This document shows, in pieces, positions 56,964 through 64,000 of a DNA stretch of 64,000 nt. The first letter of the stretch is position 1. Each line of letters begins with the position of its first letter. Location of the stretch: the NCBI GenBank assembly GCA_039621445.1, contig CP154954.1, positions 16,770,589 through 16,834,588 of the forward strand. The letters run 5' to 3'. Under the pieces are notes generated by a model that saw only the letters and a list, made by a program, of their open reading frames with translations, searched no databases and was not told the origin of the DNA. A program made the translations under genes and the position numbers. The stretch is from Euglena gracilis (taxonomy: Eukaryota).

Positions 56964-57249
56964 CGCCGTCGACAAACAGCGTGACAGACCCACTAACTGG
57001 ACGGCCCGTTGGTCTGCGCACTTGCTTGCGCACAGCTGCTTTGTCACGCCGTTTATCAATGGCGTCAGTTCATGGGTGCCAAAGCCCAATCCTTGAAGGA
57101 CATGTTTATCTTTGGCGGCACGAATTGCCCAACCAAATTTTGCGTTTTTTTGACGTTTTTTGGCTGTTTTGAAAACCCCCTAAAAGGGCACAAAATTCTG
57201 GGTTGAGAGGGGTGTGTTGCAGCTTTGGGCCAAAATTTTCTGGAAGTGG

Positions 57250-59940
57250 TTTTGCGCGGTAATCCGCTTAAACGATTTGCGATTGTGTGTGAACTGAGTG
57301 AGTTGGGGGTGCACTAGAAATGTTTGAAATGGCTGGGAAAACACCGACTTTGAATGGGTGTGACACGGGGCTGTGTGTCAGTGGTTTATGTTAATAACGG
57401 TATTTGAGAAACAAATGAATATTGCAAGCGTACGCGGATAACCGTGTATATTGAAACAAGAGGTGTCAGACGACGGAGTTAAACGTTTAGGCGGATATCC
57501 GTGCAGAATAAACTTGTACGCGTATATTACCGCCTAAACGAGAAAACAAAGCATGGTACACGGATTACCGCCTAACATAACACAAACAGTTGATGACTGG
57601 TAGGAGGGAATCCGCCTGCTGTATATGTATAAGTGGGGAGTGTATGGCGAACTGGTGTAGGCGGGAATCCGTCTGGGAGTAAAGAAGAAACAATGGTGGT
57701 GTCCTGGTGGTGTTGATCTCACCCCCCCCCCCGTGAGACTGGCATAGGCCAGGTGCTGGGGTCTGCTGGGGTCTCTGGAATGGGGGACAGTAACATCACG
57801 GCCAATGGTAGCTGGGGAACTCCCTGACGACGTGGGCAAGTGCCACCTGACGATATCCTGCCCTCCCCAACGCACTTGGATAGAAAAAGGTTCCTGTCCA
57901 AAAACGACCCAAAAACAAAAAAAAGAGAAGAAGTGACTGACTTATGAAACTCTGCACTCGCAGCATCCGGTATGAGCCAAAACCCACAAAATCTTTCCCC
58001 CCAACAACAATTTTGTTTTAGGCGGTTAACCGCCTGACCATTTCCACAATAATTTCAAAACACCATTGAGGAGTTGGCATGGGGTTGGGTGGGGACCAAG
58101 AGACGACGTGGGCAGTTATCCGCTAAAAACAAAATACAGAGTGCCCGCTCAGGAGGCCAACGGCTGACTTGTCACACTTGAGCACTGAGGCCTGGTCTCC
58201 TTTTACGAGTTCGGATGGAAACGGGGTTTGCACAAACAAAATATATGAGATGGAGGGGGGGGGGGCATACCAGCTGTGAGGTCAGAGAAGTCAGGCGGGA
58301 AACCGCCTGGCCGGGTTAAGGGTGGGTGGGAAGAAAAAGCAAAGCATTTGTGGACGATGGGGTGGGGGTGGAAGATGGAAACCGCCCTAGAAATGAACTC
58401 TGCTGGTTTGTTTGCAAAGTATTGCCAGTCACAGGCGTGAAACTTTGCAGAGTACACGGACGACAGACTTTGTTGCCAGGCTGCCAGGCAGTTTGCAACT
58501 GAATGGTGTCTGGCATGTTGTGGTGAGTTTGAGGGGCGGAGGTTTATGGAAACCAGGGAGAGGAGATTGCACCAGCAGGGTTTAACCAAACGAGGAGAGA
58601 CGGCCAGCCCTTAAACTTGGGCACTCAGCGCAGGGGTGGTTTCCAAAAGGACCGGACACATTTGTGCTGAGGCTGATTACATGGATGGAAGCCAAATGCA
58701 CCGGTCAAACATCAACGCGGCATTGGTTGAGAACGACCGCCTTCTGGTTTACCCCCCCTTCCACGGGTTTCTAACTGTGGAGACCACGGTTGCCTCCTCC
58801 GGAGGCATGTTGCCGGACCCGAAGGAGGAAGAGCCAGAAAAAAAGAGGTGCTTTGGGCATTTTGTCTGAAATTCAGCAAAAACTGCAGCTTTTCAAAGGA
58901 AAAATGTTGTAAAGCTCCTTCAAAAAACAATTACAATGGCCTTGTATTTTTCAGAACTTGGAGGACTCCTTCCAAAAAACCCACAAAATTTTTTGATTGC
59001 TGCCACCAACTGCTGAAACAGGCGTTTCTCCGTCCATATCTTGAATCACTTCTTCGTCAGCATTCCACAAACCATGATTTTGGACCACAAACGCCGTTGG
59101 GTTCCAAGTGGAGGGCCCTGGGACGGGCTTTTGTTCCTCCTGAGAAATCAACCTCAGCATTTTGGCTGTTTTTCGGGGACAAGTAACAAAATATCACCTC
59201 CACCGCAGTTCACCCGGCCCGGCAACTGACATATGTGTTCCACTGCTCTCCCTGCACACGACACCTTCACCGCTAGCCAGGGGGAACATTACCGCCTCCT
59301 CATTGGAGAGGAGGGTGTCCACCTCCTGCTCAAATGCCAGGCGGGTTTCCGCCTGCTCGGGTGCTTGCTGTCCCGCCGCAGCAGCCACAGCTTCCTTTCA
59401 ACCTGTCCCGCCCAACTTTCAAACATTGTGCCGCCGACACCGACCACCGACGCAGACACTTCGGGACCAAAAAAAAAACAGACACAACCCATCACAACAG
59501 CAACAAGCTCCACGCAGGTTTCCGCCCAAACCTCATCTGGGCGGAAGCCCGCGCAAAATAAAAATGAAGTAGGCGGATAACCGCCCACTGCTACCATTCA
59601 CCAAAGTCTCAAAATCACCTCCCTCTCCCCCAAATTTGTTCATTAACAACTTCACATGATGACCCACTTCTGGAGGTTTCAGCGCGTTCCCACTTGCTGC
59701 TCCCATATGTCATCCACAAACTAGAACGCTTCTCATTTCCAAACCCTTCTGCGCGGGTTTCCGCCTAAAGATCTCCAACTCACCCATATCAATCATTTGC
59801 CGTGTGTGACACCCCACCCCGACACAGCACCATCCACCACACAAAATGAAAATCCAACACGCCCACTCATTCTGGTCAGCTGTGCATGAAGCTTTCTAAC
59901 GTTTCATGCATTGATGTGCACGGAGATCCGCCTGAAAAGG
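57250..59940. mobile_element. Old larger element marked by dispersed AGGCGGA(T/A)/ACCGCCT motifs
   Basis: aggcggat, taccgcctaa and tccgcct recur throughout, densest at both ends. Termini not resolved. Confidence 0.4.
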
Positions 59941-60009
59941 GTCTTACAAAAACTTCCCAAAAAAGTTTTGTTCTGTTTCCGCACCGCCTCAAACAAAATT
60001 TTTAAGCAT

Positions 60010-60545
60010 CTCCAGGGGGGGGAAATGCGCTGGATGGCCCTCGGAAAAAATGCGCAAAAATGCGCAAAAAAAATGCGCAAAAAATGCGCTGAGTTTGTGA
60101 CATTCCTAAGGGAAAAAGGACTTAGACAAATTTCCAACAGTAAACCCAAAATTAAACCAAAATCACCAAAAAGAGCTGAAATGAAGGCATTTTGGCCAAA
60201 AAAGTGCGAAAATGGGTTCGTTGGTTACAGAAATGGGTCAGTTGAACGTGGGCAAAATTCGGTGAGCATGTGATTTGGGTGGAAAATGTGCAAAAATGGC
60301 AAAATGTGCAAAATTGGGCAAAAAAAGGCGCAAAAAAGGCGCAAAATTGAAAATGTGCAAAATTGGGCAAAAAATGCGCAAAAAAAGGCGCAAAAAAATG
60401 GACAATGTGCATGCAAAAATGGGGGGGAAATTTGCAAAAAAATGCACAAAAAAATGCGCAAAAATGCGCAAAAATGCGCATTTTTGAAAAATTGACAAAA
60501 ATGCGCAAAAAATGCGCAAAAATGCGAAAAAATGCGAAACGCATA
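60010..60545. repeat. (AAAAATGCGC)n-type minisatellite or subterminal array of a TIR element
   Basis: Starts cagggggggaaatgcgc, followed by repeated aaaaatgcgc/aaaatgtgc units. Confidence 0.8.
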
Positions 60546-61460
60546 TGGACTTATTTTTCTAAAAGCTGCTATTCCTTCTGGATGTTTGTACATGTTGTGC
60601 ATGAAGATTGTGATAACGGCCAAAAGTCTCCCAAAAGCTGGGCAAAATGGCCAACGGTGACTAAAAAATGGCAAAAGCGGCCAAAGAATGCCAAGAAAGT
60701 GGCCAAAGTGGCTGAATTTAGCCAAAGACAGTTGGGGAATAATGATGGTTGTTGGACGAGGGGTGGGGGGGTTCAGAATTCATCACTAGTTTTCCCCTGG
60801 AAGGCATCGAATATGGGAAGCCTTCTCCCCGCAGTTCTGCTTCTGCAGTTCTGCTACCAAATGCTTCCAGCAAACGAACCCCCCAATATCGGAGAAGCCA
60901 CCCTCCCTGGCATTCTCGGCCAAAGTTGACTTGAGCATTGCCTGCTTTTGGCGTCAGGGAGCCCAGGCTGCTGGGGTGCAAACCTGCCCCGTCGATTCCA
61001 ACAGCTCCCCGACTGGGTTGTAGACCCCCCCCCGTATCAACGGCATATCCCTGGAACGTTGTTGGGCTGTGCTTCCGGGGAGGGGGGGGGTTAGGTATCG
61101 CGTTGCGCTGCAGGCATGCGACTTCGGAGGACAGGGCTGCGGCCCAGTGCACAGCGGATTTCGGCCCGCCGGGAGCTGACTGGGCGGCGGGCCTGTCGGC
61201 GCCACTCGCCCGCCCATCCCTGCGCCATGCCATTGGATGTGGGGACATGCAAGGTTGCTGGTGTGTCCCCACCCCCCGACTGCTTTTTTGTTCTGTTGAC
61301 TTGGGGAAGCCCTCAACCCCTTTTGGCAAGGCGATTCTTGGTCTCCTCTTGTCTTTTTGGGGGGGGCTTGCATTTTTGCCTAAACTTGTCCATCGTACCT
61401 CCTCAAGGAGTGCCTGCCACCAAATACCTATGAAATGACTGGGAGTGACCGACATGACTG

Positions 61461-62833
<1,373 letters not shown>

Positions 62834-64000
62834 AGGCAGAGAGGCAGGCAGAAACAGGTAGAGGTGTTTGTTAACGAACAGTTAAGAGATTAGTGTTAAT
62901 GCAAATGAACAAATGCCTGGGGGGTATCAACGAAAAATTCAGGCTTTTCAGGAAGGTCACACCCTCTTTTGACCCCCCCTCCCAAAGTTCCCTCTTCCCC
63001 TCCCTACGGAGTTGTAGAGCCGCACTGATACTCCCCTTACACCTCAGTGGGGTACTGCTGTGCCATATGTCCACCCCCTCCCCCCGACGCGCGGCTCATT
63101 TCAGAGGCAGTCCTGTTGTGGGCCTTGTTATACGATATCCTCTCCTGCAGAGCAGAGAACGGCGGGTGGGCAACCCAGCACGCCATTGGGCTCTCCTGCC
63201 CTGAAGCCAGACTTGACTGGGAGCAGTCTATGGAATGGTGGCAGCACTAGCGCTAGCCACCCACAATTCCTTCTGCACCCGCACGCACGCACGTATGCAC
63301 GCACGCACGCACGCACACACGCACGCACGCACGTACGCACGCACGTACGCACGCACACATGCATGCACACACACACACATTTGGTTTTGCCAGACCCCCT
63401 CCCCCCTGGGAGCACCCCAAGGTAGGGTTCAATATAAGCAATATAAGGAGGGTGTATGGGTTCAGGTGGGGGGTGCCCCCCCCCTTGGATTTGAGTGGGG
63501 GTCCAGATCCCCCCATCTTCCAAGGGAGGTTCAGACTGAATGCGGGGAGGGGGGCACCGGGGACCCCCTTAAAAGATCAAAATTTTCCATCCAGTGCTTT
63601 GCGCCATTTTTTTTTTGCATTTCTGCAGGGGTAAATTGATATCTGCAATTTTTCCACAATTTCCGATTTTTTCCGAATTTTTTTTCGCATTTTTTTCCCT
63701 TTCTGCAGTTTTTCCGTATAAATCTAAAATGGCAAAATGAGTTTCGGTAACGTACAAGGAACCCTGGTGTTCTTTTCGTTATTTTGTTGCAAATTTGCCA
63801 ATTTTTAAAAATTTTGTCAAAAATTGGCAATTTCTGGCCTTTTAGATCTCTGCCCAATTTTTGCTGGAAATAATTCCCACAGAAAAAACATCATATCTTC
63901 GACCAGATTTTTTCCAAAGGCGCACAGTTTTTGGGGGTGCGGTGCTGCTACTGCCGGGCAAAAAAACTCCAGGAAATGATGACCTTTTTTTTGGCATCCT

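Overview
Repeat-saturated eukaryotic nuclear DNA with no intact recognisable gene. The organism is possibly a euglenid-type protist, but that is inference only. (1) There is a dense swarm of short non-autonomous DNA transposons (MITE-like) from several unrelated internal families. They share CAG...CTG termini, 8-bp target-site duplications (often nTnnnnAn/GTnnnnAC) and a central GGCGCC-TTC-GGCGCC hairpin, and they occur nested or in tandem. (2) At least four shattered relics of one transposase-like family carry hAT-like motifs and a conserved 'ARSGI' peptide. (3) Two diverged, collinear copies of a multi-exon minus-strand gene of unknown function lie at about 1-4.9 kb and 37.4-47.4 kb, with canonical-looking 3' splice sites and synonymous divergence. 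(4) A recent ~3.9 kb tandem duplication spans 14.9-22.6 kb. (5) There are long compound microsatellites. Most ORFs in the supplied track are artefacts of low-complexity repeats. All protein family calls come from manual motif reading, not from database searches.
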